Source: an uncultured Oscillospiraceae bacterium (lineage in GTDB: Bacteria > Bacillota > Clostridia > Oscillospirales > Oscillospiraceae). Taken from it: a stretch of DNA of 64,000 nucleotides. The position numbers and the translations under genes were made by a program. Shown here piece after piece: positions 1-8,802 of the stretch; the stretch's first letter is position 1, and each line of letters starts with the position of its first letter. Location: contig CANRHF010000001.1 in the NCBI GenBank assembly GCA_947630345.1, forward strand, positions 5,341-69,340, given 5' to 3'. The notes beneath the pieces were generated by a model. It searched no databases and was not told the origin of the DNA. It saw nothing but the letters and a program-made list of their open reading frames with translations.

Positions 1-92
1 GGCGGGAGCTTCCAAGACCGACAAGGAAAATTTTTCGGTAAATATTAATTACGAGGGCACATAAAAAGCCCACAGGCCGGGAGGGAAAGAAA

Positions 93-308
93 ATGACACT
101 TGCAGAAAAACAGTGGCTTGAAATTGCGAGGCGCTACATATACGGGACGGCAAAGGAACGAGAGGTTATTCTCTCCTGCTTCTCCGATGAAGAAAAACCG
201 ATATTTCTTCGCGGCGTTGGTGCCATTCACCTTTTTGATGACCAGGGTTTTTACAATTCTGTGCGTGACAGCCTCAAAGACAGGCTTATGAAAGAGCTGT
301 ACGCATAA
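93..308 (+). CDS. Small hypothetical accessory protein
   Basis: 71-aa ORF with purine-rich RBS (GGGAGGG); stop codon abuts the hammerhead. Confidence 0.6.
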   Translation: MTLAEKQWLEIARRYIYGTAKEREVILSCFSDEEKPIFLRGVGAIHLFDDQGFYNSVRDSLKDRLMKELYA

Positions 309-370
309 CCCGCCTGACGATGGCCCGCCGGTCCGGGCCGAAACGACGGAAACGGCGTCGCGGGAGACCG
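309..370 (+). ncRNA. Type I hammerhead ribozyme; predicted cleavage after C359
   Basis: Stem I CCCGC 309-313/GCGGG 360-364; core CTGACGA 314-320 plus extra T321; stem II GGCCCG/CGGGCC; GAAA 340-343; stem III ending in GTC 357-359; loop II CGGTC pairs with GACCG 366-370 (pseudoknot). Confidence 0.9.
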
Positions 371-386
371 CAGAAAGGAGCGAACC

Positions 387-650
387 ATGAACACTCAAAA
401 CATTGTCATCAATATAGCCGGGAGCGGAATTCACGGTGTCAAAGACGGGGCCTATTCCGTTGAATGGATTAAGGACAAAAAATGTTTAGGGATGTGCAAA
501 GAAGTTTTGCGCGGGGCATGTCCTTTTGGGGCAAAATACGTTTACCGTCTTTTCCAGAACGGGTACGGATATATTGTCAAAAGGAAGAACAGATATATTC
601 CGGAGCAGGAACAAAGCTGGGAAGATGTGGCATGTATCACCGCCCCATAG
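387..650 (+). CDS. Small hypothetical accessory protein
   Basis: 87-aa ORF with AAAGGAG RBS immediately after the ribozyme. Confidence 0.65.
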   Translation: MNTQNIVINIAGSGIHGVKDGAYSVEWIKDKKCLGMCKEVLRGACPFGAKYVYRLFQNGYGYIVKRKNRYIPEQEQSWEDVACITAP

Positions 651-666
651 CCGGGGCGGTTATTTC
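639..666 (+). terminator. Possible intrinsic terminator of the plus-strand accessory genes
   Basis: ACCGCCCC/GGGGCGGT hairpin followed by TATTT. Confidence 0.4.
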
Positions 667-739
667 ATCCCGTCCATCATCTGCTGAAAAGGTGGGCTTT
701 GCGATATGTGCATAGTCGCTCGTTTTTCGGCCGACAAAC

Positions 740-781
740 AAAAAAAGCGCCCCCTCCCAGGGTGGACCTGGAAGGGGGCTT
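740..781 (-). terminator. Intrinsic terminator of the late/lysis operon
   Basis: GC-rich hairpin 749-779 with an A7 run at 740-746 (U-tract on minus strand) just after the holin. Confidence 0.65.
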
Positions 782-785
782 GCTG

Positions 786-977
786 TTACTCGCCGTCGGA
801 GCTCTTGGCGGACTGGATGCCGAAGTAGAAGGCGATAATCACCGCGTAGATCGTCATGAAATCCTGGTTGACCTTGCCGCTGACGGTGAGGATCGCGAAA
901 ACGATGGTCAGAATCAGGGTGACGATGCTCTTAACGCTGACCAGGGCGGCCAGGCGCTTGAGGAGGTTGTCGATCAT
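786..977 (-). CDS. Putative holin
   Basis: 63 aa, two hydrophobic helices, AFYFG motif, next to endolysin. Confidence 0.75.
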   Translation of the reverse strand: MIDNLLKRLAALVSVKSIVTLILTIVFAILTVSGKVNQDFMTIYAVIIAFYFGIQSAKSSDGE

Positions 978-989
978 GCTCTCACCTCC

Positions 990-1892
990 TTACGCCTCGG
1001 TGAGGTCAGCAGCATGGACGGCGGCGGTGACGGCTCCGTTGATGCCGATGACCACCCGGTCGTCGTCCACCTGGATCACCCCAAAGGTGGTGCTGTAGAC
1101 CCAGGAGGCAAGACTGCCGCCGGTGTAGGTCTTGGCGCCCTTGGCGACCCGGACCTTGTCGCCCTTGCGCCAGGTCTTGGAGCTGGCGGCGGCGCCGGGA
1201 ATGCGGATCTGCTGGCCGACGTGGATCAGGTTGGGGTTGCTGAGCCCGTTGTACTGGGCCAGGACCTGATAAGTAGTGCCGTACTTGGCGGCGATGCCGG
1301 AGAGGGTGTCTCCCAGTTTGACGGTGTAGACCGTCTCCTCCTGGGGCTCCGCCGGGGCCGCCGGGGCCGCCGGCATATCCTCCGGCTCGAAGTTGGGGTA
1401 GCCATAGCCGGTGATGTAGGGATCGTTCCGGCGGTACTTGCACCGAGAGACCTGGTTGTCTTTGTTTCCCTCGATGGTAGTCACATAGGTACCGTCGTAG
1501 TCCTCCACGATGCCGGTATGGTCGTACTCCCCAAAAAAGATCTGCGCCCCCACTTTGGGATCCTTGCCGTAGTGGCCGGCGCTCTGGTAATACTTGGCGG
1601 AGTAGACGCACCCGGCGCCCAGCGGCCCGGACTGGTACTGCATGGCCTGGGCAACTTTGGCGTCGTGATCGCAGAGCTGGTAAAAGTTCCAGTCTACGAA
1701 TACGTCACACCAGGCGTAGCCATTTTTATTGCCGTTGTAGTACCCGGCGGCGTAGAGGTCCCGCCCGTACTTGGTATAGTTGGCGCTGCCGCTGTTGGCG
1801 GTCTTGCTGTCCAGGTTGGCGTTGCTGGCTTTCTCCCGGTATCCGATCTCGGCCCGGGCGATGGCCAATAGGTTACTTGCGGTATGTTTCAT
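990..1892 (-). CDS. Endolysin: CHAP domain, LysM and C-terminal binding domain
   Basis: AWCDVFV and HTGIVE CHAP motifs; Pro/Ala linker; [13 protein letters not shown]...NPNLIHVGQ LysM. Confidence 0.92.
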   Translation of the reverse strand: MKHTASNLLAIARAEIGYREKASNANLDSKTANSGSANYTKYGRDLYAAGYYNGNKNGYAWCDVFVDWNFYQLCDHDAKVAQAMQYQSGPLGAGCVYSAKYYQSAGHYGKDPKVGAQIFFGEYDHTGIVEDYDGTYVTTIEGNKDNQVSRCKYRRNDPYITGYGYPNFEPEDMPAAPAAPAEPQEETVYTVKLGDTLSGIAAKYGTTYQVLAQYNGLSNPNLIHVGQQIRIPGAAASSKTWRKGDKVRVAKGAKTYTGGSLASWVYSTTFGVIQVDDDRVVIGINGAVTAAVHAADLTEA

Positions 1893-1940
1893 GTTTTATT
1901 ACTCCTTTCGGTTTGTACTTTTGTTTGTTTTACGCCGTTA

Positions 1941-2216
1941 TTACTGTTTATTTTCTTCGCGCCACTTGCGCTCCTGGTTGCGCTCCTTGGCGGACTTGAT
2001 CCAGCCCATGACCCCGCATTCCCCGCCGCAGACGCCGAAGACGCTGACGATCAGCGTGTCCGGCGTGGTGCCGCAGCGAATGTGGATGGCGATCATCACC
2101 GCTGTGAAGACCAGCAGGAACACCGCCAGGCAGACCAGGATCCGGTCCATCATGCCGGCGGAGCGCCACCAGCGGCGAAATTTTCCGTGCCGCCTGGCCA
2201 TATCAAAGCTCCTCAT
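1941..2216 (-). CDS. Two-TM membrane protein of lysis module (holin-like)
   Basis: Two hydrophobic segments and basic C-terminus; position upstream of endolysin. Confidence 0.65.
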   Translation of the reverse strand: MRSFDMARRHGKFRRWWRSAGMMDRILVCLAVFLLVFTAVMIAIHIRCGTTPDTLIVSVFGVCGGECGVMGWIKSAKERNQERKWREENKQ

Positions 2217-2505
2217 GGGCGGCCTGGTTTAAGTACTTTTCCATTTTGTTAAGAGCATCCGTCACGGGGCCGTCGCAGCCCTGCTCCTTAAGCCCTTTGA
2301 GGCAGGCCATGACCCCGTAGCAGACCAGGGCCTGTTCCTTGCGGGAGGAGGCAATATCTTTGCGGATGGCGGCGATCTCCTTGTCCTGTTCTCGCTGGCG
2401 GATGACAAATTGAAAGCAGCAGAATAGCAATCCGATGATCGCCCCCAGAGCGGAGAGAATTGCCGAGAGCCTTACAATGGCATCCAAAAATGCGTTAATA
2501 TCCAT
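2203..2505 (-). CDS. Membrane/coiled-coil lysis-module protein
   Basis: N-terminal TM helix followed by coiled coil; GGGAGGG RBS. Confidence 0.6.
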   Translation of the reverse strand: MDINAFLDAIVRLSAILSALGAIIGLLFCCFQFVIRQREQDKEIAAIRKDIASSRKEQALVCYGVMACLKGLKEQGCDGPVTDALNKMEKYLNQAAHEEL

Positions 2506-2516
2506 GGCGGCCCTCC

Positions 2517-2876
2517 CTAATGCTCGAAAGCAATAATGCGATGCTGAAACAGGCCAGTATCGATGGATGTCGCATAGGTGATGTCGGTAATCGACCAGGT
2601 GAATGTCCCGCCATCCTGCGTAATGGTACCGGTATCCGCATATGGCTGGCCAGCATGTGGCATACCTGCTACGATCATCGAGACGATGTCGGTATATCCT
2701 GTTCCTGGTTTCAAAGCCACGACCAGATCCACATTCGACCGGGTGCAGGTGACAGTAATTGTACAGCTAATGATAGCGCTAGATCCATTCCTCTGGTAGG
2801 TAATGTAGCACGATACATAGTCAGGATCTAGCTTTACGGTCGCCTTTCCGCCCTGCAGGACTGCGTTATGGATCAT
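2517..2876 (-). CDS. Tail-fibre-associated hypothetical protein
   Basis: GAGGTG RBS, beta-rich sequence, follows the fibre gene. Confidence 0.55.
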   Translation of the reverse strand: MIHNAVLQGGKATVKLDPDYVSCYITYQRNGSSAIISCTITVTCTRSNVDLVVALKPGTGYTDIVSMIVAGMPHAGQPYADTGTITQDGGTFTWSITDITYATSIDTGLFQHRIIAFEH

Positions 2877-2938
2877 ACGGTACCACCTCTAATATGATTA
2901 CTTTCATGCTTTTGCCTCCTTTGATCTTGATGGTTTGT

Positions 2939-4393
2939 TTAAAACGGAAGGACGGCTACATACACCGTCAGGGCAGCTGTGGGCACCGTTTCGGCGGTGA
3001 AGGTCAGGCTGTTGTCCCCCTGGGCAGTGGCCTGGATCCCCGCCGCCTGATACGCCGCCCGGCTGGCCAGGGCCGGCGTCGGGATAATAAGCTGGTCGGT
3101 CTCCGTGGCGGATACGCCGGTGACCGTGACGGTCTGGGTCTTGCCAATCCATCCCTCCACGGTCAGGGTGACGGTGCGATAGCCGGGGGACGACGTCAAA
3201 ATCGGTAGTGTTTTCCATACGCTCCAACTTCCCGCGGTCTTGCTGCGAACTTTGCATTGCGGTGTTGCTGTATCATTGCCAAACGCCATTTGAAAACCAT
3301 AGCCATTTCCCGCATCGATATTTAATAATATAAAAGAATGAAAAGGTTTATTTTCCGGTAAATCGGCTGTATATGGTATAAAAAAGAAACCGCTATGTAA
3401 AGTATTATAGTTTTGGGTGCTTTCAACATTTATTGCAGTCGCGTTTGTAGCTGTGTCGGCCGTCAGGGCGTGATTTGCTTGCGTCGCTGTTGCAGCGTTT
3501 CCACCAAACCAACTTTTGGCTGCGTCTCGATTTAAAGTGAGAGGAACGCCTTCTACCTGATATCCATCAGGGATGACGGACATAATTCGGAGATTGCCAT
3601 CAAAGGCATCGAACTCCCAAAAATTTGGAAGGACTTCCGGCGGGAAAATATCGAAATTTCCACCTTCATTATTTGTAAAAAGAGAAATACCTCTTCCTAC
3701 GTTTAAAAAATTTGATAAAACACCGCCGGTAAGTGGCAGAGCTCCAATGGCTTCAGGGGTAATCTGAACAGCCCCAGTGCCGCCGTTGACACTGGTGACG
3801 CCGGAACGTTCATCAATTTCTTCTTTCGTATAGGTCCCGATGCTTTCTGGAGTAATCCCTTTAAGCAGCTCCGGGTGCGCCTCCGGGTCGGCGTTGTGAC
3901 GGGCCATTGCCATATCCAGATCCTTTAGCTTCGCAGTGCCAGCAGGGTCTACAACGATATCGATGTGTAGTTTGTTGTCCAGCGCAATGACGCAATACAT
4001 CTCCAGTTCCCATCCAGGGGCGTCCTCCTCCGATGGGACGTTGATGCCAACATCATCCTGCATAACCACAAATGACTGCTCTTGATAACCGCCCGGTACG
4101 GCGAGCTCATCCAAAGCAGCCATGACCAGCACCTGGTGCAGTTGATAAGATTCCCCCAGCCCAGAATTCGATAGCTGGATACGAATGCGCTTGTAGGTAT
4201 CTGCATCCTCCAAAGATACGAGCCGGCCTTTCTGCTTTTGGTCTTGGAGCTCTGTTATCTTTTCGAGTTCAGATACATCTGTCATCCCACTGCCAGTACA
4301 AACACTGGTAACCGTCATTTTACGGCCGATCAGTTGCTCATTCAGCATATCGACGCCCGAAAGTGTAACGATTGAATTTTCAAATCTTCCCAT
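2939..4393 (-). CDS. Tail fibre protein
   Basis: Baseplate-attachment N-terminus, HNADPEAH motif, GVTSVNG and NAATAT repeats, knob-like GSWSVWK segment. Confidence 0.85.
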   Translation of the reverse strand: MGRFENSIVTLSGVDMLNEQLIGRKMTVTSVCTGSGMTDVSELEKITELQDQKQKGRLVSLEDADTYKRIRIQLSNSGLGESYQLHQVLVMAALDELAVPGGYQEQSFVVMQDDVGINVPSEEDAPGWELEMYCVIALDNKLHIDIVVDPAGTAKLKDLDMAMARHNADPEAHPELLKGITPESIGTYTKEEIDERSGVTSVNGGTGAVQITPEAIGALPLTGGVLSNFLNVGRGISLFTNNEGGNFDIFPPEVLPNFWEFDAFDGNLRIMSVIPDGYQVEGVPLTLNRDAAKSWFGGNAATATQANHALTADTATNATAINVESTQNYNTLHSGFFFIPYTADLPENKPFHSFILLNIDAGNGYGFQMAFGNDTATPQCKVRSKTAGSWSVWKTLPILTSSPGYRTVTLTVEGWIGKTQTVTVTGVSATETDQLIIPTPALASRAAYQAAGIQATAQGDNSLTFTAETVPTAALTVYVAVLPF

Positions 4394-5093
4394 TATTTAA
4401 CCCCCCTTTTGTCTGCACGCGTACTGTTACAGTCTCCATAGTCCAGAAAAACCTTACTCCAACATGGTCAAGAGCCGTTCCATGGATACCCAGCCATTTC
4501 GGTTTTGGGACATAGACGGTATAGGTTTCACATTCGCCAATATAGGTAACACCGGCATGGATATGGGTCTCTGTTTCGGCATGAGCATAATATCGGATGC
4601 CGTCCAAGTGAGACCGCAAGTTTTTGTAATAGTTCAGTCGTGCAAGCAGTCTCACCCTCTTCTTCGCAGTTATAGCCTCGTTGGTAGTGTCAATCGTCAG
4701 TCGGAAATGATATGGCTTGCCGTCATAATCAAACCATTCTTGCACCGTGGAATCGGGATAAACAGAGGAAATAGCCCTTTGCACTGCTGCCTTCGTCCCG
4801 AGAATCCTATGGACATACCAGCTTTCTTCGAGCGTTCGCCGCTTTTGAGCGAGATTGTAATCCGGGTCCCACCAGTCCACCTTGAAATCATAGGCCAGAA
4901 TATCCAGCAGCTCTTCCGGTAAGGAGCTGATGCGGGAATAAATCAAAAGCGCCCGGATCTCTTCCGGACGCTCAGCCAGTATTCTCGCTACCGCTGCTGC
5001 AAGTGCAGCCATATTGTCATCTGCTGCAAGTACAGCGGGTAATGTTGCTAGGAGATTTGGCACTGTGATGGCATGATTATCACTCATCTTCAT
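4380..5093 (-). CDS. Baseplate/tail protein I (P2 gpI-like)
   Basis: LPEELLDILAYDFKVDWW, HRILGTKAAV, EWFDY and KNLRSHLD motifs. Confidence 0.88.
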   Translation of the reverse strand: MKMSDNHAITVPNLLATLPAVLAADDNMAALAAAVARILAERPEEIRALLIYSRISSLPEELLDILAYDFKVDWWDPDYNLAQKRRTLEESWYVHRILGTKAAVQRAISSVYPDSTVQEWFDYDGKPYHFRLTIDTTNEAITAKKRVRLLARLNYYKNLRSHLDGIRYYAHAETETHIHAGVTYIGECETYTVYVPKPKWLGIHGTALDHVGVRFFWTMETVTVRVQTKGGLNNGKI

Positions 5094-6246
5094 ACCCCCC
5101 TACTATGATCGTCTTCGTGCCAAGTTTGGCAACCTGGGGGATTGTTTGAGATATCTCGTAGACCTTTTCAGGGTCCAGTTTTCCATCCTGCAATGCCATA
5201 AAGATTGGCTTTCTCAATTCTATACGCTTTACCCCAGTTTTCATGATCCGACCGTAAAGCTCCGATGGATTGATGTCCCGGCCAAGCCTGCCAGACTGCC
5301 ATGCAATATAACCGTTGACGGCATCTTCTACGGCCTCGTGGATGGCAGTAGAACTGATAGTCGTATTATTGGGCACGTAATAGGTAAAGTCGATATCATA
5401 TGTCACAACACCAGGGTCAGCCATCTGCACATGATCGGTAAAAGGCCGTACCTCATCACCATTACAAGCGGCAAAGACAGCCTTTTTCAGCTCCTCGCCG
5501 GCAATCGTGCCATCTTTGGTCAGGACATAGATATATACCTCTCCCGGTATAGGCGAATTGGGAACAACGTCCAAAATCTCCGTGGACACCCGTTTGGCCC
5601 AATAGATATAGCTGCCAACTGCACCTGCCGTACTGTGTGCGTCCATGCTTGCGCGCATCAACTCGTAGAATTCTTCATCAGTAGCGGCATCGGAGCCACC
5701 GTCACTTTCCGTGATATTTTCGCAGGACAGATAGTAGTCGAATACATCTACAATCGTATTGATTTGTCCGGCAGTATATCCGTTCCCTGCAAGGCCAGGG
5801 GTCTGGCAGTAGACTGTGAGATCAATGTAGGTCATCCCAGCAGGAATATAAGCATCTTCTCTGGTTTCCCACACAAGCGCCCTGCTGGCATCCGTGACGC
5901 GTGTTCCAGCCGGCACAAGGATTGCAGATTCTTGCGCTTCCGAAATAACGAATCGAACCGTACAGGCAGCACTTGTAGCCGTGGGCCGCTCCATCACATA
6001 AAAAAGCTCCCCAAGAGCATCCAGGTTTGCGCCCTCTGCTCTGCTGGGAATATTTTGATTGCCGGTATAGTTGTTGTCAATGCGTTCCAGCAGGATGGTA
6101 TATGCTACCCATGCGATAAATAATCGTTCTGGGCTTCCGGGATGTACGCTGACGCCGGTAATCTTTTCATATGCGGAGATCAGTTTTGCCTCTAACTGCT
6201 CTGTATCGGTGCTGACAAATTGGTAATCCGGATTCCTACTGCTCAA
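5080..6246 (-). CDS. Baseplate J-like wedge protein (TTG start inferred)
   Basis: AEGANLDALG, STAGAVGSYIYW, VRPFTDHV motifs; GGAGGTG RBS before TTG 6246. Confidence 0.9.
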   Translation of the reverse strand: MSSRNPDYQFVSTDTEQLEAKLISAYEKITGVSVHPGSPERLFIAWVAYTILLERIDNNYTGNQNIPSRAEGANLDALGELFYVMERPTATSAACTVRFVISEAQESAILVPAGTRVTDASRALVWETREDAYIPAGMTYIDLTVYCQTPGLAGNGYTAGQINTIVDVFDYYLSCENITESDGGSDAATDEEFYELMRASMDAHSTAGAVGSYIYWAKRVSTEILDVVPNSPIPGEVYIYVLTKDGTIAGEELKKAVFAACNGDEVRPFTDHVQMADPGVVTYDIDFTYYVPNNTTISSTAIHEAVEDAVNGYIAWQSGRLGRDINPSELYGRIMKTGVKRIELRKPIFMALQDGKLDPEKVYEISQTIPQVAKLGTKTIIVGGYEDE

Positions 6247-6556
6247 CGATTTCCACCTCCACCGTAACATTTAATACACCTGGGGCTGTTGGGTCCTCCT
6301 GAAATGTGATGTTGACAACTTGCGCTCTTGGCTCAAATCGTTCGATCGCTTCTCTCACATCGACGTAGAGCATTGTTTTAGCAACAGGAATGGGCTTATC
6401 CACGAATCTATGATCAGTACCGAAACTGCGATACAGTGGAACCGTTCCCTGCTTTGTAGCCAAAATAATAGCAATATTTTGGAGCACCGAAACGACGGTA
6501 TCAGATTCGTTTAATCGGATCTTCGTCAAGTCCGCCGCACTCACCTTATAACTCAT
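6236..6556 (-). CDS. GPW/gp25-family baseplate protein
   Basis: QNIAIILAT-GTVPLYRSFG and AIERFEPRA motifs. Confidence 0.88.
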   Translation of the reverse strand: MSYKVSAADLTKIRLNESDTVVSVLQNIAIILATKQGTVPLYRSFGTDHRFVDKPIPVAKTMLYVDVREAIERFEPRAQVVNITFQEDPTAPGVLNVTVEVEIVEQ

Positions 6557-6571
6557 GGAAACACCTCTAAA

Positions 6572-6967
6572 TCATCGGTACTCTGTCAGGCTTACGGATA
6601 CCGTCGCACTTGTGACATCACCATCACGGTCATAGTTCTGCATCTTAACTTTGCAATCAGTTATGACCCAACGATAACTGACATAGATGCTATTGCCAAT
6701 GACAAATGGCACAGCAACACCACTCCTCACATATCCTTCAAGTATGGCGATCTCAGATCTTGGATTCACCCCCAAATATGCTGACAACTCAATATCAAAG
6801 GTAATGCGTGCTGGGTCTGCGCCAGTATATTCGACTTGGGCCGTTGTTCCATGGAGCTGATGCGTACTGTACCGCGCAGAAACAGAAAGGCTCATATTCC
6901 TGATTGTCCTGACGGTATTTGCAGACACTTCAAATACAACACTGCCCAAACATCCAATTTTTGCCAT
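6572..6967 (-). CDS. P2 GpU-like tail protein
   Basis: IGCLGSVVFEVS start, EYTG motif, LTEY end. Confidence 0.8.
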   Translation of the reverse strand: MAKIGCLGSVVFEVSANTVRTIRNMSLSVSARYSTHQLHGTTAQVEYTGADPARITFDIELSAYLGVNPRSEIAILEGYVRSGVAVPFVIGNSIYVSYRWVITDCKVKMQNYDRDGDVTSATVSVSLTEYR

Positions 6968-7275
6968 TACCCAAGACCCCCCAGCACGAATCCATCAGCA
7001 TTAAACACCGGCAGATACAGCACAAGTACAGTGTCATTGACATGCGGCATCCAAGGCTTTATTATCAGGTTGTGCTTGTGACTGCCAACGGTTGCATCCA
7101 GCTCCGTACACTGCGGTACATCGTAGTCTGGGATATAAGGCTGATTTGATAGGACTTTCAAATAACCTGATGTGATCCCGGTATCCTGGAATTTTACGCG
7201 GGCAGTGCGCTCATCCAGATTTATAGCTGTGACGGTCCCTACTCTTACCAGGTTTTCCAAAACTTTATCAGTCAC
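6967..7275 (-). CDS. Baseplate spike/assembly protein V-like (GTG start inferred)
   Basis: VRVGTVTAIN-ARVKF, WMPHVNDTVLVLYLP-DGFVLG. Confidence 0.8.
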   Translation of the reverse strand: MTDKVLENLVRVGTVTAINLDERTARVKFQDTGITSGYLKVLSNQPYIPDYDVPQCTELDATVGSHKHNLIIKPWMPHVNDTVLVLYLPVFNADGFVLGGLG

Positions 7276-7276
7276 T

Positions 7277-8596
7277 TTAGTACCCCTCCAAAACCCTGCG
7301 AAGATTGATCTGGGTTGTGTAGCCGCCTGACCCATCGACGGTATGTGTTGCTTGCTTCACGATATATTTCCCATTCCAACCTCCCCAGCCGATCAGCCGA
7401 ACAGTAACACCTGATACAACATTTGGATTCCCGGGAATTGTAAAAGATGCAGATCTCGAAAACTTATTGTGAAGGCGTAGCATCTTAGACGCAAGCTGCT
7501 TTGCCTCATCGGCATCTGACACTTTCGCAGTGACTTCCAGCTGTTGATTATTCTTTGCGCTGGCATTGTAGTCCTCTACTTTTGCAATCCCTTCAATGCA
7601 ATTACCTGATTTGGGATCTACATAGCTTACACGGCAGGAAGAATACAGAGAGTCAGCAGATCCTACATCCAACTTATATTTGGTATAACCTCCCCCACCA
7701 TGTAATATGGTCAATACTTCCGAGCGAGCTTCATACGTTGCTTGATCGAACAGGACCAAAATGTTATTCGTTGCCTTTAAGGATATACCAGCTTCATGGC
7801 AAAGCGACGATAAAAACGATATGTCGCTCGTCTTATATTGCTCTACCCTGGCATAGTACGGATCATTTTCAGACTCATACAGGCACGCCATTCCGTTGGT
7901 CGAAGCTATTTCATTCGCTATCCCAGAAAGGCAATATGCTTCCCATGCTTTTGATTTCTCGGTTTGCCGGATCTTGGACGTATAGGGGAGAGATGTGGCC
8001 TTAATATTCACGACTGCAGGAGGTCCAGAAGCATTCACCGTGTCCAGTTCAAATTGGCCACAATCCAGCACCTCACTTCTGCCGTTGCCTTCCCAGTTGA
8101 GCCTGGAAATGACACATTGTATTTTAAGGACCGTACTGGGTCCATGGCCGCTTTGCTGAGATGATCTTTCACCTTCGAGCGGTTGGATATAATCCGCACT
8201 GACGTAGGCCGTTTTCCCCCCATAGTTGATGGTCGCCCAGCCGCCGGATATGCTGATGACGTCTATTGTTGTTCCACATACAAGCGCGCCATATTTCGCA
8301 TAATTGGTGCCTGGCCCAGAGCGAACATTTAACCCGATGGCGGGAGTCACCTTATATGTCTTGGTGGCAACCTCCTGCTGCTCTGTTGTCGCAGCAGCAT
8401 CGATTGCATCGTTGAGCCACCTTTCCAGCCAAACCGAATCTCGATCCTGAATCTTAATTTGAAGATCATCAGCGGCATCTTCTTCGTTGTCTGTATAAGT
8501 GACCGAAAGAAGATAGGGTCGGATCGAATGTGTTATATCAGTCCCGTCGAAGTTGATATCTACATTCGCGCGGCGAGCTAATCCTTCCCCGCTCAT
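7277..8596 (-). CDS. Late control D-like baseplate hub with inserted SH3b domain
   Basis: GpD-like YTDNEED-ADDLQI and Q..TSDISFL motifs; insert GLNVRSGPGTNY...GWATI...AYVSADYI. Confidence 0.85.
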   Translation of the reverse strand: MSGEGLARRANVDINFDGTDITHSIRPYLLSVTYTDNEEDAADDLQIKIQDRDSVWLERWLNDAIDAAATTEQQEVATKTYKVTPAIGLNVRSGPGTNYAKYGALVCGTTIDVISISGGWATINYGGKTAYVSADYIQPLEGERSSQQSGHGPSTVLKIQCVISRLNWEGNGRSEVLDCGQFELDTVNASGPPAVVNIKATSLPYTSKIRQTEKSKAWEAYCLSGIANEIASTNGMACLYESENDPYYARVEQYKTSDISFLSSLCHEAGISLKATNNILVLFDQATYEARSEVLTILHGGGGYTKYKLDVGSADSLYSSCRVSYVDPKSGNCIEGIAKVEDYNASAKNNQQLEVTAKVSDADEAKQLASKMLRLHNKFSRSASFTIPGNPNVVSGVTVRLIGWGGWNGKYIVKQATHTVDGSGGYTTQINLRRVLEGY

Positions 8597-8802
8597 CCAG
8601 TCACCTTCTTCCATGGCGGTACAGAATCGCTGACGTTTTCAACGGTATCTGGGAGCAACAATTTGATTCCCGCTGGGAATGAATAGTTGTTCCGGTATCG
8701 CTGGTTCAGGTTGATTATCTTATCGGTGTAGGCTTCATCACCGAGTTGGGAGTACGCAATGCTATCCCACATATCGCCCTGTCTAGTGATATACGTTCTC
8801 AT
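8593..8802 (-). CDS. Tail protein X (LysM-like)
   Basis: YITRQGDMWDSIAY...VPPWK. Confidence 0.85.
   Translation of the reverse strand: MRTYITRQGDMWDSIAYSQLGDEAYTDKIINLNQRYRNNYSFPAGIKLLLPDTVENVSDSVPPWKKVTG

Noticed and set aside
1-25. GCGGGAG at the window start resembling the 3' arm of a second hammerhead
   Set aside because: The catalytic core would lie outside the window; cannot be supported
699-1871. Long plus-strand ORF, and many similar ones (e.g. 18375-19685, 52304-53680, 53762-55009)
   Set aside because: Antisense shadows of GC3-rich real genes, with no motifs or RBS
2500-4400. Diversity-generating retroelement or invertible tail-fibre shufflon
   Set aside because: No reverse transcriptase, TR/VR pair, invertase or inverted crossover repeats seen in the window
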